A stretch of 64,000 nt of DNA from an uncultured delta proteobacterium (GCA_963754925.1 CAVWHX010000004.1:896001-960000), one strand, 5' to 3'. Shown: positions 39,008 through 48,638, counted from the first letter of the stretch. Made by a program: numbers and translations. The notes: generated from the sequence alone by a model not told the origin.

Positions 39008-41557
39008 TTACGACCCCTCTTTCTGATCCGCACAAAGAAGAATTCCCTCACCGGTGTCATTCGTGGTGAGTGTTAGTTTCAAAAGACCATTACGGTCTGC
39101 ATCTCCGACAATACTGCCTGCGCTGGTCGTGAGTCGACAGTGCGTGCGCGCCGTCAAACCGCCCAGCTCAAAAACAAGCGGAACATGACCGGCTATGCGA
39201 AGTTGGATCTGCGATCCACCGCTGGCCGGCGCGGCCGGTTTGAACGTCAGCACCGTTGCGTTGACTTGCACCACATGCGGTCGCTCGAGGCGTTTCTGGC
39301 CTAAGACCAGTTGCCGCGGCCCGTGGTCGGCAGCGAAACTGACGTAGCATCCTTGCGGCAGCGTGCGCACCGCGACGACCCCGCGGGAGGCCGCCAGATC
39401 GGGCAACCCGAGTTCTGTTGGTACGCGCACGGTACGAAGCGCGTCACCGCCATGGAAGCCGAACGATCCGTCGAGATGCCGCACCACCACCTGTTGTCGG
39501 AAGGCGCGCACCTTGGCTTGGTATTCATCGACGTACACCGGGAAGATATCCTGGGCCAACACCCAACCATATATCGTCTCGAGGGTGTTGATGCCGCCGT
39601 AGCTACCAGCCGCAAAAGCGTGGTAATGGATTGCAATAGGCTTGAGTCGGCGCGGGTTATCGGTTAACTCCAGCGTCTGAACCACTTGGTGATAGGGGTA
39701 CAGTTCAGTGGCCTGATCGAGATAGGTCAGATCATTCGCCGTTGGCGCATATACGTCACCCGTGCCGTTGGGAGCTGCCATGGATTGCACATGGGTAATA
39801 GAAGTCCGATAGGAACGTATGTCGGTGCCTCCCGATTGCAAGTGCCCCGGGCGAACCATCGGTACCTGCAAAAGCCTTGTGGCCGCCGCGCGATCCTCAA
39901 TCGAAAGGTCGTGTTCAGGCTGAGACGGTACGTCGAGCGACAGGGGCAACCGGTAACGCGACAAAAGTTGTTCTTTCAGCAGTTCCCCGGTGATGGGCCG
40001 TCCGCGGTATCGGGCAGGTTGACCGAGGCCCTCGGCGTCCATAAGGAACATTGCCAACCGCCGTCCATTCTCGGTCGTTACATCCGGTTGCGGGATGGAC
40101 GGCAGGTCAAGCGCCTGTTGCAAAAAAGCAAAGGGGTCAAGCACCCAGGCGCGTTCCCCGTCCAGGCTGCTCATGGCCAGGAAATGTGAATGAGCCAAGC
40201 CCCCCCAACGGGTTGTGGCGATGACTGCCCCGCGATGCCCGGCGGCGTCCGCCAGTTGCAGGTGAACCGCCACGCCATCGCCCCCGATATGCAGTGGAGC
40301 GGCTTCAAGACGCTGTATCTGGGGCTGGGCTTCAAAACCGATCAGTTGGTCCCGCGTATCGACATGCAGGTCGCCTTGCATCTCCTGTGCGGATACTTCA
40401 ATACCGAGCTTTCGCGCCTGATTGCCGTCCAGCGCAAACCCCGGATAGCCAAAGAAGACAACCTTAACCCCGGCGCCGATTTGCTCCTGCAGCCACGACT
40501 CGTAGTCCGCCGGCACCGCAGGCGACGAGAACCAGGTAATGACTCCCTGGTACACGCCTGCAACTGGGCCGCGGGGGAGCCCCTCTTGGATACGCTGGAT
40601 TTCTGGAATATACCCCAGATACTCAAGCACCGGCGCGAGAAACCGGAAGGCGTCCGTCGTTTCCTGCTTAACCGAGTCCGGTTCATTGGTGAGAATCAAT
40701 ATCCGTCGGGGGACCACTTCGATTGAACCGATGCCTATCGTGCTTAGGGTTGCATCGCTTACCCAGGGGATGAAACCGAGTCCGGCGATTCGCGACGCCG
40801 TAAGTCGGGCAGCTTGGCGTTCGTTCGGTGGACGATAATCGATCACCGTTATCGGCAGGTTATACCGCTTATGGGCTTCCTGCAACCGGGCGAGCAGCCA
40901 ATTGCGGTCCGCCTCGGGAACGCGCATATATTGGCCAGAAGCCGCGTCCCACCTATCGAACAGCGATTCGGCCACGACTCCGTGGACCATGCTGCCGATC
41001 TGCGGAAGAAGCTCAAAACCCCGATTGATCAACAGACGCACTTGGGGATAGCGCGCGACCATCTGCCGCACCAGCTGCGCCAACGCCTGTTGCATTTTCG
41101 CCCGATCTTCAGGCGAGGTGACGCCCAGTTGGTAGCTATCGAGGGTATCCAAAAAGAAGGCCCGGTAGCCCTGTGACCACAGAGCCTGCATCTGCCGATC
41201 CAAGAGATACGCTTGCCAGCCCGAATTGCGCACGTCCATCACCAGGCTCGACCAGTTGTTGTTTTTGGCCAGAATCCATGAATCGGACACGTCCTTGCGG
41301 AAGCGACTGTTTTCAGCAACTTCACCGACACTCAGATACGCCACCGGCGTCGTGCCTTCGGCCGCCAACACCGCCGGGTTCGGCACAGAATCCGGCTGCA
41401 CGACGAGCTGATCGTAGGCCGCAGCCAATTCGCGCGGCACGTGCCGGCCATAATAAAAAGCCGTAGTCTGCGCCGCGACCAGCGTGGGCACCACGATCAG
41501 GCCCAATAACGGCCCCAAAAGCAAAACCCGGTCAAACATGTTGAACGACATGCGCAT
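39008..41557 (-). CDS. pelA: PelA (GH166 hydrolase plus degenerate CE4 domain)
   Basis: AFYYG, AYLSVGE, FFLDTLDSY, INRGFE, AESLF, WVLDPFAF, PDVTTENGRR, RRLKPI..YH. Confidence 0.88.
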   Translation of the reverse strand: MRMSFNMFDRVLLLGPLLGLIVVPTLVAAQTTAFYYGRHVPRELAAAYDQLVVQPDSVPNPAVLAAEGTTPVAYLSVGEVAENSRFRKDVSDSWILAKNNNWSSLVMDVRNSGWQAYLLDRQMQALWSQGYRAFFLDTLDSYQLGVTSPEDRAKMQQALAQLVRQMVARYPQVRLLINRGFELLPQIGSMVHGVVAESLFDRWDAASGQYMRVPEADRNWLLARLQEAHKRYNLPITVIDYRPPNERQAARLTASRIAGLGFIPWVSDATLSTIGIGSIEVVPRRILILTNEPDSVKQETTDAFRFLAPVLEYLGYIPEIQRIQEGLPRGPVAGVYQGVITWFSSPAVPADYESWLQEQIGAGVKVVFFGYPGFALDGNQARKLGIEVSAQEMQGDLHVDTRDQLIGFEAQPQIQRLEAAPLHIGGDGVAVHLQLADAAGHRGAVIATTRWGGLAHSHFLAMSSLDGERAWVLDPFAFLQQALDLPSIPQPDVTTENGRRLAMFLMDAEGLGQPARYRGRPITGELLKEQLLSRYRLPLSLDVPSQPEHDLSIEDRAAATRLLQVPMVRPGHLQSGGTDIRSYRTSITHVQSMAAPNGTGDVYAPTANDLTYLDQATELYPYHQVVQTLELTDNPRRLKPIAIHYHAFAAGSYGGINTLETIYGWVLAQDIFPVYVDEYQAKVRAFRQQVVVRHLDGSFGFHGGDALRTVRVPTELGLPDLAASRGVVAVRTLPQGCYVSFAADHGPRQLVLGQKRLERPHVVQVNATVLTFKPAAPASGGSQIQLRIAGHVPLVFELGGLTARTHCRLTTSAGSIVGDADRNGLLKLTLTTNDTGEGILLCADQKEGS

Positions 41558-42947
41558 GCGAGCCTTTCAAGTCTTTCAATGGTTGCAGCATAAAGGTATC
41601 TCGCACCAAACCGGCAAACGAGCGGTTCAGCAGGATCATCCCAACCAGGCTGGTGACGATGACCGAAAGGGTGAATCCCCAGCCGTAGTATTCCACACCG
41701 AGATCTTGGCTCAACCATGTTCCAACGGCGTTGGTAACCAACAGCAGAGAGGTCAGCACCAGGACAATATGGCGCTGGTCGAGGTAGAAAAAGTAGTTGA
41801 TTACCGTCATCAGCAAGACCTGTATGCTCACGCCCAGGGCATCGACATAAAACAACGGGACGTGAAGCTCAGATATGCCGAAGAACTCGAGAAGTCTGGG
41901 TGCGAAGACAATGCATAACGCCAGGGTCAAACCCTGGGTTTTGCAAATGTCGTAGATGCCGTGGCGCGCCGCATTGGTCATCCCATCTCTGAGGAACTCG
42001 AGCCGTTGCAGGGGAGCGCCGGTTCTGACGGCGTTGTAAAACTCGGCGTGGCGCTCGGCAAAATCGGTTTCGACGCGGACCAAAAAAACCGTCATGCCCG
42101 GCACAATGGCCAGATAGGCGATGAAGATAGGCAGATCGTACACTTCGGAAGAGCGCAAGGGGCCAACCACCGGCTGGCTCGTGAGCGGGTTCAGCCAGAA
42201 GAAAAGCTTGTCGGCCCAAATCGCAGCGTTGTATATCAGACCGATAAGGAGCAGATCCCAGTAAACCCGGCGACCGCGAAGGAAGTCCCACGATACCGGG
42301 ACGTTCCCCGGCTGCATGGCGGTCACCACCGATAGGCTGAAAAAAAGCAGCGTGGCCTGTCCGATGACAAAGCCAACCAGCAAGCCCACATCTCCCCAGG
42401 GTGCGAGGAGCAAGGTCGCCACAAACGTCAAGACGTAGCCGATGGCAAAGCTTAAAAACACCTGTCCGTGTTCCTTGAGTCCCGACAGGGTGACGATCAC
42501 GATCCAAATGTTGCACAGCGTGACAAAACCAGCGCCGAGCACCACGCGGTAGGCCAACGATTCGGCGGCAAACAGCGGGGACAGAACCAAAGCCAAAAGC
42601 GCAGCGACGACACTAGTCACGCTCATCGCACCAAAGAGGTTTGAGGTGATGGAAGCCGGTTGCTCATCGTAAATTCGATCGGCGATAAAGCGCGTGAAGA
42701 ACAGCTGCAGCGGGCCGCTCACCATGAGTGAAGCAGCAAACAGCCACGTGACCGAGGTTTGGAAGCGCCCGATCAGGGCAGGATTCGGCAGCAACCGCCA
42801 ACCCAGCACACCAATCAGAAGCAGCGTGAGGATGGAGATCAACCACGGTCCACTGCTAATCATAGCGGCGGTACCATAGAGCCGCATCATTTCACTGTAC
42901 GACTCACCTCGGTACAGTCTTCTCAGACTGAAACCTACGCCGGCCAT
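41532..42947 (-). CDS. pelG: Pel inner-membrane transporter PelG
   Basis: MAGVGFSL, ISSGPW, FTRFIAD, WADK, YDLPIF, ETDF, FYLD; about 12 TM helices. Confidence 0.94.
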   Translation of the reverse strand: MAGVGFSLRRLYRGESYSEMMRLYGTAAMISSGPWLISILTLLLIGVLGWRLLPNPALIGRFQTSVTWLFAASLMVSGPLQLFFTRFIADRIYDEQPASITSNLFGAMSVTSVVAALLALVLSPLFAAESLAYRVVLGAGFVTLCNIWIVIVTLSGLKEHGQVFLSFAIGYVLTFVATLLLAPWGDVGLLVGFVIGQATLLFFSLSVVTAMQPGNVPVSWDFLRGRRVYWDLLLIGLIYNAAIWADKLFFWLNPLTSQPVVGPLRSSEVYDLPIFIAYLAIVPGMTVFLVRVETDFAERHAEFYNAVRTGAPLQRLEFLRDGMTNAARHGIYDICKTQGLTLALCIVFAPRLLEFFGISELHVPLFYVDALGVSIQVLLMTVINYFFYLDQRHIVLVLTSLLLVTNAVGTWLSQDLGVEYYGWGFTLSVIVTSLVGMILLNRSFAGLVRDTFMLQPLKDLKGSHAHVVQHV

Positions 42948-44473
42948 GGCGCCTCCAACACCTCTCGGTAGATGGCTCGATACTTGTCGATCATGGCGGT
43001 CTGGGTATAGTAGCGCCGCACCCGTTCAAGGCCGGCCTTTTGACAGGCCGCCCAGACGTCCGGTTTTGTCAGAAGCTCTATGGCAGCGTGACTCAAGCCG
43101 TCGACGTCAGAGATCGGCACCACCCTACCCGCCGCGCCCAAGGCGCGATCCTCATCGGTCCGTCCGTCGATTTGTTCGCGGCAGGCGCCGACATTGGTCG
43201 TCACCGCCGGTAATCCGGAGGCAAAAGCCTCAAGAATCACCAAGGGTTGGGCTTCGCTTATCGAGGTCAACATCAAGAGACCCAGCTGGGGTAGGATTTC
43301 GGTAACATCGCGATGACCCAGAAAATGCAGGCAATTAGCGATGCCAAGGTTGCGGGCGAGGTCCTTGCACTCTTCTGCGTACGTCGGTTCTTCATCCTCG
43401 CTGCCAATCACCCAGCCTTCGACGTTTGGCAGCGTTCGATGCATCACCGCGATGGTCCTGACAAAGGTCTTGATGTCCTTGATAGACACCACTCTTCCAA
43501 TTAACCCCACCACCTGCGGAATGTGTTGAGGGCGCCGCATCAAAATCTTTTCGAAACGCTCAACATCGATGCCGTTGACTATGATGCGGGTACGGTCGGG
43601 GGATGCGCCGTCTTGGTGCTGACGCTTCTGACTTCCCGTGTACAAGGAAATGATCGGATTGGCCGAGCGATAGGTCAGCCAGCCGAGTTTTTCAAAGAAG
43701 CGCATCCACAGTCCCCGCAGTACGGTCGCGGTATCATCCTGATCCGGTACCACGCCCGAAGGCTCGTCATCCGACCAGTCAGCCTGGTTAAGATCGATTT
43801 TGCGCTCCTTGGTGTAGATGCCGTGTTCGGAAAGCACCAGTGGACGCTTGCGCTTTCGAACCAGGAAGACCCCGAGCAGGCCCGCATGGCCGGTCGAAAT
43901 CGAATGATACACCCGGGCCGGGGGTACATCGGCTGCGATGCGCGCCAACTTGAAGATCGGCCCGTGCATCGAGCGCAGGGTCCAAAAGTACTTGATAAAT
44001 GAAGTCTTGTAAGAGCTCTTGAGGTACACTTCACGTAGGTAGTCCCAGGTGCTGGACCCAAAGAGGAAATGCTTTATTTGCAGACCGTCTTTCTGTTCAA
44101 CTACATCAACCATTGAGTTGATCGAACGCTCAATTTCCTGTTGGCCAATGGATTGGTCCGAGGCCTTGCTCGCAAACGACAGCTGGTGATGGAACACACG
44201 GACCGGAACGAGTTTCTTCTCCGGAACTCGCAGCCGTTTCGGTCGCAATCCGTTGGTGCTTTCCTCGAGGTAGTGGTGTTCCAGATGAACGACGTTATCG
44301 GGCAGTTTATAGCAAATATCCGCGTAGTCCGCCTCGCGGCCGCCGATAAAAACCAGCGAGAATTTTAATTCCGGAATCCCGCTGATGATCTGGTGCACCC
44401 ATGACGAAACGCCACCCCGGACGTAGGGATAGGTCCCTTCAAGAATCATGCAGATGTCTGCGGCTGGCATCAT
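42935..44473 (-). CDS. pelF: GT4 glycosyltransferase PelF
   Basis: EGTYPYVRGGVSSW, STGHAG, EHGIYTKER, GRVVSIKDIK, TSISEAQPLVILE; ATGA overlap with pelE. Confidence 0.95.
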   Translation of the reverse strand: MMPAADICMILEGTYPYVRGGVSSWVHQIISGIPELKFSLVFIGGREADYADICYKLPDNVVHLEHHYLEESTNGLRPKRLRVPEKKLVPVRVFHHQLSFASKASDQSIGQQEIERSINSMVDVVEQKDGLQIKHFLFGSSTWDYLREVYLKSSYKTSFIKYFWTLRSMHGPIFKLARIAADVPPARVYHSISTGHAGLLGVFLVRKRKRPLVLSEHGIYTKERKIDLNQADWSDDEPSGVVPDQDDTATVLRGLWMRFFEKLGWLTYRSANPIISLYTGSQKRQHQDGASPDRTRIIVNGIDVERFEKILMRRPQHIPQVVGLIGRVVSIKDIKTFVRTIAVMHRTLPNVEGWVIGSEDEEPTYAEECKDLARNLGIANCLHFLGHRDVTEILPQLGLLMLTSISEAQPLVILEAFASGLPAVTTNVGACREQIDGRTDEDRALGAAGRVVPISDVDGLSHAAIELLTKPDVWAACQKAGLERVRRYYTQTAMIDKYRAIYREVLEAPWPA

Positions 44474-45501
44474 TCTGCATTCTTCCTTTTCCAATAGGCG
44501 ACCACGGGCACCAATTGCGGCCGATAGAGTTGCGGGGCGGCGGCGCGGCTCAATTGTGCGGGAACATATTCGAACCAGCGCTTGATAAACGCCAACTCGG
44601 CAAACAGGGGCCCGCTGACCGAGCTGGCGACGCCCATCGACTCGGCAAAGCGCAACCACTCCCAGGCTGCCTCAAAAGCCCCCATGTGTATTTGTATGCG
44701 CGCCAGCAGTACCGCGGTCGCGCCATCAGAGGTGATTCGTATAGCCGCCAGGGCGTTTTCGGCAGCCGCCCGCAAGGTATTGGTTACCAGTTCCCTATCG
44801 GCGAAGCCGGAGTAAACCAGTTCCCAGTTGTCCTGGGCCAGGGCGCGCCGAATCTCTGCATACTCGCCCTTACTGAGTTGGATGGCTCCGGTATCGCACG
44901 CCTCGACCTGTTGCAAGGCCTTTTCAATGCGCTTTCGGATAGTCTGCTCGCGGCGTCCGAGCATCGCGTGAGCCAAGAGATGCACTTCCTCGCTCGGGTC
45001 CAAGAGCGCGCGGCGAAGGAGGGGGACCGCTCGTCTCGAATCCATCCGGCGGAGTGACATCACTGCGGTGACTCTCTGGTCTACATCCTCGGAGTTCTCG
45101 AGCACCCACTCCACCGGCATGGGGGAGGCCTGAACATCGGGTTCGAGAAATTCTTCTGGAACGCCGGGTATGTCTATCTCGATGACGCCGTCGGGCTGCT
45201 CTTGACGGATGTGAAGCCATGCCGGCAGCACACTGAGCAGCATCCCCAGGATGCCTGCACCCGGAAGACAGAGCACCAGTATGGCGGCCACCAGCGCTGC
45301 GCTCAGGCCGCATTCACGATCCTCACGAAGTCGCACATACCTCGTGCCCACGCCGCTCAACAACCCGGCGGCCAGATGGAGTGCGATAGAGAGATACTCG
45401 GCGCCATGGAAAAGAGCAAAGCCGGCGCCAAGCTCCGCCGCCAGCGCGCCCGCTATAACGCAGAGAGGAACAAACCGGTGGTTGAAAGAAAACAGTTTCA
45501 T
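44470..45501 (-). CDS. pelE: PelE-like membrane protein with HEAT/TPR repeats
   Basis: TM helices, LLRRALLDPSEEVHLLAHAML, WELVYSG; lies between pelD and pelF. Confidence 0.82.
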   Translation of the reverse strand: MKLFSFNHRFVPLCVIAGALAAELGAGFALFHGAEYLSIALHLAAGLLSGVGTRYVRLREDRECGLSAALVAAILVLCLPGAGILGMLLSVLPAWLHIRQEQPDGVIEIDIPGVPEEFLEPDVQASPMPVEWVLENSEDVDQRVTAVMSLRRMDSRRAVPLLRRALLDPSEEVHLLAHAMLGRREQTIRKRIEKALQQVEACDTGAIQLSKGEYAEIRRALAQDNWELVYSGFADRELVTNTLRAAAENALAAIRITSDGATAVLLARIQIHMGAFEAAWEWLRFAESMGVASSVSGPLFAELAFIKRWFEYVPAQLSRAAAPQLYRPQLVPVVAYWKRKNAE

Positions 45502-45507
45502 GATCTA

Positions 45508-46563
45508 TCAGACAACCGCTAAACGACGGATGTGCTCCGCATTGGTTGTTTGGATGTTTGACGACTGATATGGTTCCACGGGCTGCGCTGTGGCTGACGC
45601 CAACCTCGGGAGGGACGGTTCGACGGTATCCGCAAGCCTTCCCGCAAGGAGCGCGAGGTTTGCCAAATGCTCAGCGTGGAATGCCATAAAGGGCATATCG
45701 TGCACTGCGATCACCCCGATGCATCGTTTTGCCGAGGTCATCAACGGCACGGCGGCGAGAACATCGCGATTACCCAATATGCCCGGCGATTTCCCGGTAA
45801 TCGAAGCCAAGCGACCCGCGCTGAGCGCGCGCTGCACCAGAGGGTGCATGGCCACTGAAGGGTACTTCCGTCCGAGCACCGCGGTCGGCGTGGACGGGAG
45901 AGCCAACGGCGTCGGCGACAGATACAGGGAAGCACACTGGACCATCCCGTGATTGGCGAAGATATCCAGCAGAATTTCTCCAACCTCCGACAGGCTCGTC
46001 GTGCTCGGGAGGGAAATGCGCCGTTCGGCATCCTCGACAGCCGTCTGGAGAGACCACCGTTCAGCGGCGAGCCGCTCCTCGAGCTGCGTGTGGGATAGAT
46101 TAAGCACACAATAGGCGCGCTCAATGCGATCGAGTCGGGTGCCGCGTTCGTCATTGGATTTCGTAAGCTCGGTTATGCGGCTGTTCAATTTATCCCTCAA
46201 CCCGCCAGACGCAAGCCCCACGAGCAAGCAGCCAATCGCCCAGAAAGCAATCGTGCCCATGGGGGTAATACCAAACAACTGGGCGTTACCAACTGCGCCG
46301 GTAATCAACAAAGCAGCACTTATCACTGCCGGACTGAATCCGTGCTGAAGCCCGATAAACATTGGCACCAGTGCCAGCCATGGAAACTTGGCCATCACCA
46401 AAAAAGGATCGTTTGGCGCAAGCAACCATCCTAGAATCGGAGCACCCACTGAGAACACGATTGTTTCGATCCAGCGCACGAGCTTTCGACGTGCACTTCC
46501 GGTAGCTTTCAATGGCGATTGAAGGTGGACCGTGGTACCACTGGATTTAATATACATCTGCAT
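45508..46563 (-). CDS. pelD: PelD-like protein (TM, coiled coil and GAF; no GGDEF domain)
   Basis: WIET, DPF, FPWLALVP..GLQHG, LSHTQLEERL, MPFMAF; ends about 50 aa after the GAF domain. Confidence 0.8.
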   Translation of the reverse strand: MQMYIKSSGTTVHLQSPLKATGSARRKLVRWIETIVFSVGAPILGWLLAPNDPFLVMAKFPWLALVPMFIGLQHGFSPAVISAALLITGAVGNAQLFGITPMGTIAFWAIGCLLVGLASGGLRDKLNSRITELTKSNDERGTRLDRIERAYCVLNLSHTQLEERLAAERWSLQTAVEDAERRISLPSTTSLSEVGEILLDIFANHGMVQCASLYLSPTPLALPSTPTAVLGRKYPSVAMHPLVQRALSAGRLASITGKSPGILGNRDVLAAVPLMTSAKRCIGVIAVHDMPFMAFHAEHLANLALLAGRLADTVEPSLPRLASATAQPVEPYQSSNIQTTNAEHIRRLAVV

Positions 46564-46752
46564 CTAATACCTCAAAGGCAAAAAATCCGCTGAAACTGGG
46601 CCCATGGCCGCTGATGATCAGACAACCATTCGACTGCACCGAAGTTGTAGCTTGGTTTCAATTGGCTGGTCTCATGTAACATGAGATGCATATCTTTCTG
46701 CTCGCGGCACATGCTCATAAACTCATAAATTATAACTGCACTACCCTTTAGC

Positions 46753-47134
46753 GAAAAATGCCTTAGCATTTTTCAGGGTCATGATAGCGCGGCCCACAAT
46801 CATCACTATAAAAGTAACCAGCGCCGTATAGCACCCGATCCGGTGCATTTAGTATTTTCAGAATTGTTTAACCCTAAGAGAACACATTGCCCGCCAAGAC
46901 GAAAACTCTCAACTTTAGTTAAGCTGCGAGCAAAATTTTTTGTTTCACCGTACATTTATCCATTCACCGGAATTTAATACTTCGTCCCTATTTGAAAAAT
47001 GCTCTCGCATTTTTCAGGTCCAACTGGGCGCTGCATACAAAAATCTTTAAAATAGCCAGCGCCATACTACATCAAATTTGGCGCATCCAATAATTTTGAT
47101 GCTTACTTATAATAAGAGATAAGGAGTTTGTCAA
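46753..47134 (-). repeat. Diverged tandem duplication (~126-129 bp core), each copy with GAAAAATGC-N4-GCATTTTTC
   Basis: Copy 1 at 46753-46881, copy 2 at 46994-47119; shared blocks GCGC, ACAA, CCAGCGCC, TAAGAGA. Confidence 0.75.
47106..47134 (-). promoter_or_regulatory. Candidate sigma70 promoter pointing toward pelD
   Basis: TTGACA-N17-TATAAG on the minus strand. Confidence 0.55.
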
Positions 47135-47612
47135 GTGGAAACTGCTTTTTAAATATATAGCTATGCTACATTGGGGTCTTAATTATCACTTTGTCATACA
47201 TCTCGATATATTCTGCATCGTTTTGGTATACACTACAATACAGATATTGTATTGTGCATCGATGTACATATGCCAACCAAAAGCCTGTTCACCCATATTT
47301 TCGCAAGCTCAATTTTAAAGTTCGGTACGCTATCGTCCATCATCTCTTTTTGACTGATACTGTACAAATGCAGTCAGGGAATTTGATCGCACGTTAGTTC
47401 ATCTAGGTATGCAATGACCGGTTTTCCAGACGTGAAGTCGAGAATCGGGTTCTGACCCAGCCATTCCCACTGGCCTGCTTGCGTGAGAGAATTTTATAAC
47501 GTAGCTTCTTCCGGTGTCTGGGCCCGCAGATACGTCTCGCTTGCTAAAAACAGTAGCACGCCTGCAAAACTCATCAAGCCTCGACCACGCGCGAACAGGT
47601 TAATTTCCTTTC

Positions 47613-48638
47613 TCAAGGACATGTGTAGCCACTGCCGCCGCAGTTATTCTTGGTATTGTTAGAAATTATGGTTTTGGTAACAGAGGTAGTTCCATCCGCA
47701 AAGAGTCCGCCGCCAGAAGTACCGGCAGTATTATTGATGATGGTGCTGCCATTCAGTGATAAGGTTCCACTGGCTTTATTGTAGATACCACCGCCCTGTT
47801 CTACGGTTACGTTCCCGATTACCAGTGTGCCCTTCAGGCTCAAGATACCCACATTCCACAACCCGCCGCCTTCGCCGTATGCATTATTATTAGCGACGAC
47901 ACTTTCAACAAACTGCGCTGTGCCGCTAACCGTATTGGCGAACCCGCCACCACCAGGGCCATAATTGTTACTGATCGTACTGTATCGCACGACAAGGGTG
48001 CCGCCGTTTTGGATACCGCCACCATAACCGGGGGAGCTCGTGGTATTGTCACTGACGAAACTGCTGACTAACGTGAGACTGCCTTCATTATCGATTCCGC
48101 CTCCACCCAACTCCGCACCATTGTTGATGACAGTGCTGTTCTTCACCGTCATGTTGCCATTATTGTAAATGCCGCCACCTAACCTAGTGCCATTATTCGT
48201 CACGACGGCATTATTCAAGATAACTGTGCAACCATTATTCTCGACGCCGCCGCCGCCACTGAATTGTTGATACGGAAATCCACCCGTAATGGTTACATCG
48301 GTGATGGTGATTTGAAAACTACTCGTGCAATTGAGCTGGATCGTCGGCAGGTACGAGACTGCAGTAGGTGCGCCACGGTCAAGGACGGTAAAGTTTGCCT
48401 CGACGCCTTTCAGGGTTAGGTTCTTATCGGTAATGACTACCGAACCAATATAAACTCCCTCCATGACCCGTATGGTTGCTCCGTTTGGAGCAGCGGTGAC
48501 GGCGGCTTGGATGTTGGTATAGGAACATCCGCTACTACAGACGGTGATGGCTGCGCTTGCGTTTTGTGCGAAGGCGAGCCCGACGACTAACGCAACTGAG
48601 AACAAGTACTGGTAATGCCGGTGAGTTGAGCGGTTCAT
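47613..48638 (-). CDS. Secreted right-handed beta-helix (pectin lyase fold / GGGI-repeat) protein
   Basis: Signal peptide (ASA/A), IQAAV..A..G, repeated N..GGGI.N.G.L units; AGAGGAGG RBS. Confidence 0.8.
   Translation of the reverse strand: MNRSTHRHYQYLFSVALVVGLAFAQNASAAITVCSSGCSYTNIQAAVTAAPNGATIRVMEGVYIGSVVITDKNLTLKGVEANFTVLDRGAPTAVSYLPTIQLNCTSSFQITITDVTITGGFPYQQFSGGGGVENNGCTVILNNAVVTNNGTRLGGGIYNNGNMTVKNSTVINNGAELGGGGIDNEGSLTLVSSFVSDNTTSSPGYGGGIQNGGTLVVRYSTISNNYGPGGGGFANTVSGTAQFVESVVANNNAYGEGGGLWNVGILSLKGTLVIGNVTVEQGGGIYNKASGTLSLNGSTIINNTAGTSGGGLFADGTTSVTKTIISNNTKNNCGGSGYTCP

Noticed and set aside
44474..44659. PelF N-terminal extension
   Set aside because: It overlaps pelE; the ATGA-coupled start at 44473 fits PelF.
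47072..47074. Selenocysteine readthrough of the TGA in the small ORF
   Set aside because: The paralogous codon is Gly rather than Cys, and no convincing SECIS hairpin follows.
46564..47612. c-di-GMP riboswitch upstream of pelD
   Set aside because: I could not find the class I or class II consensus by eye; an Infernal scan is needed to exclude it.
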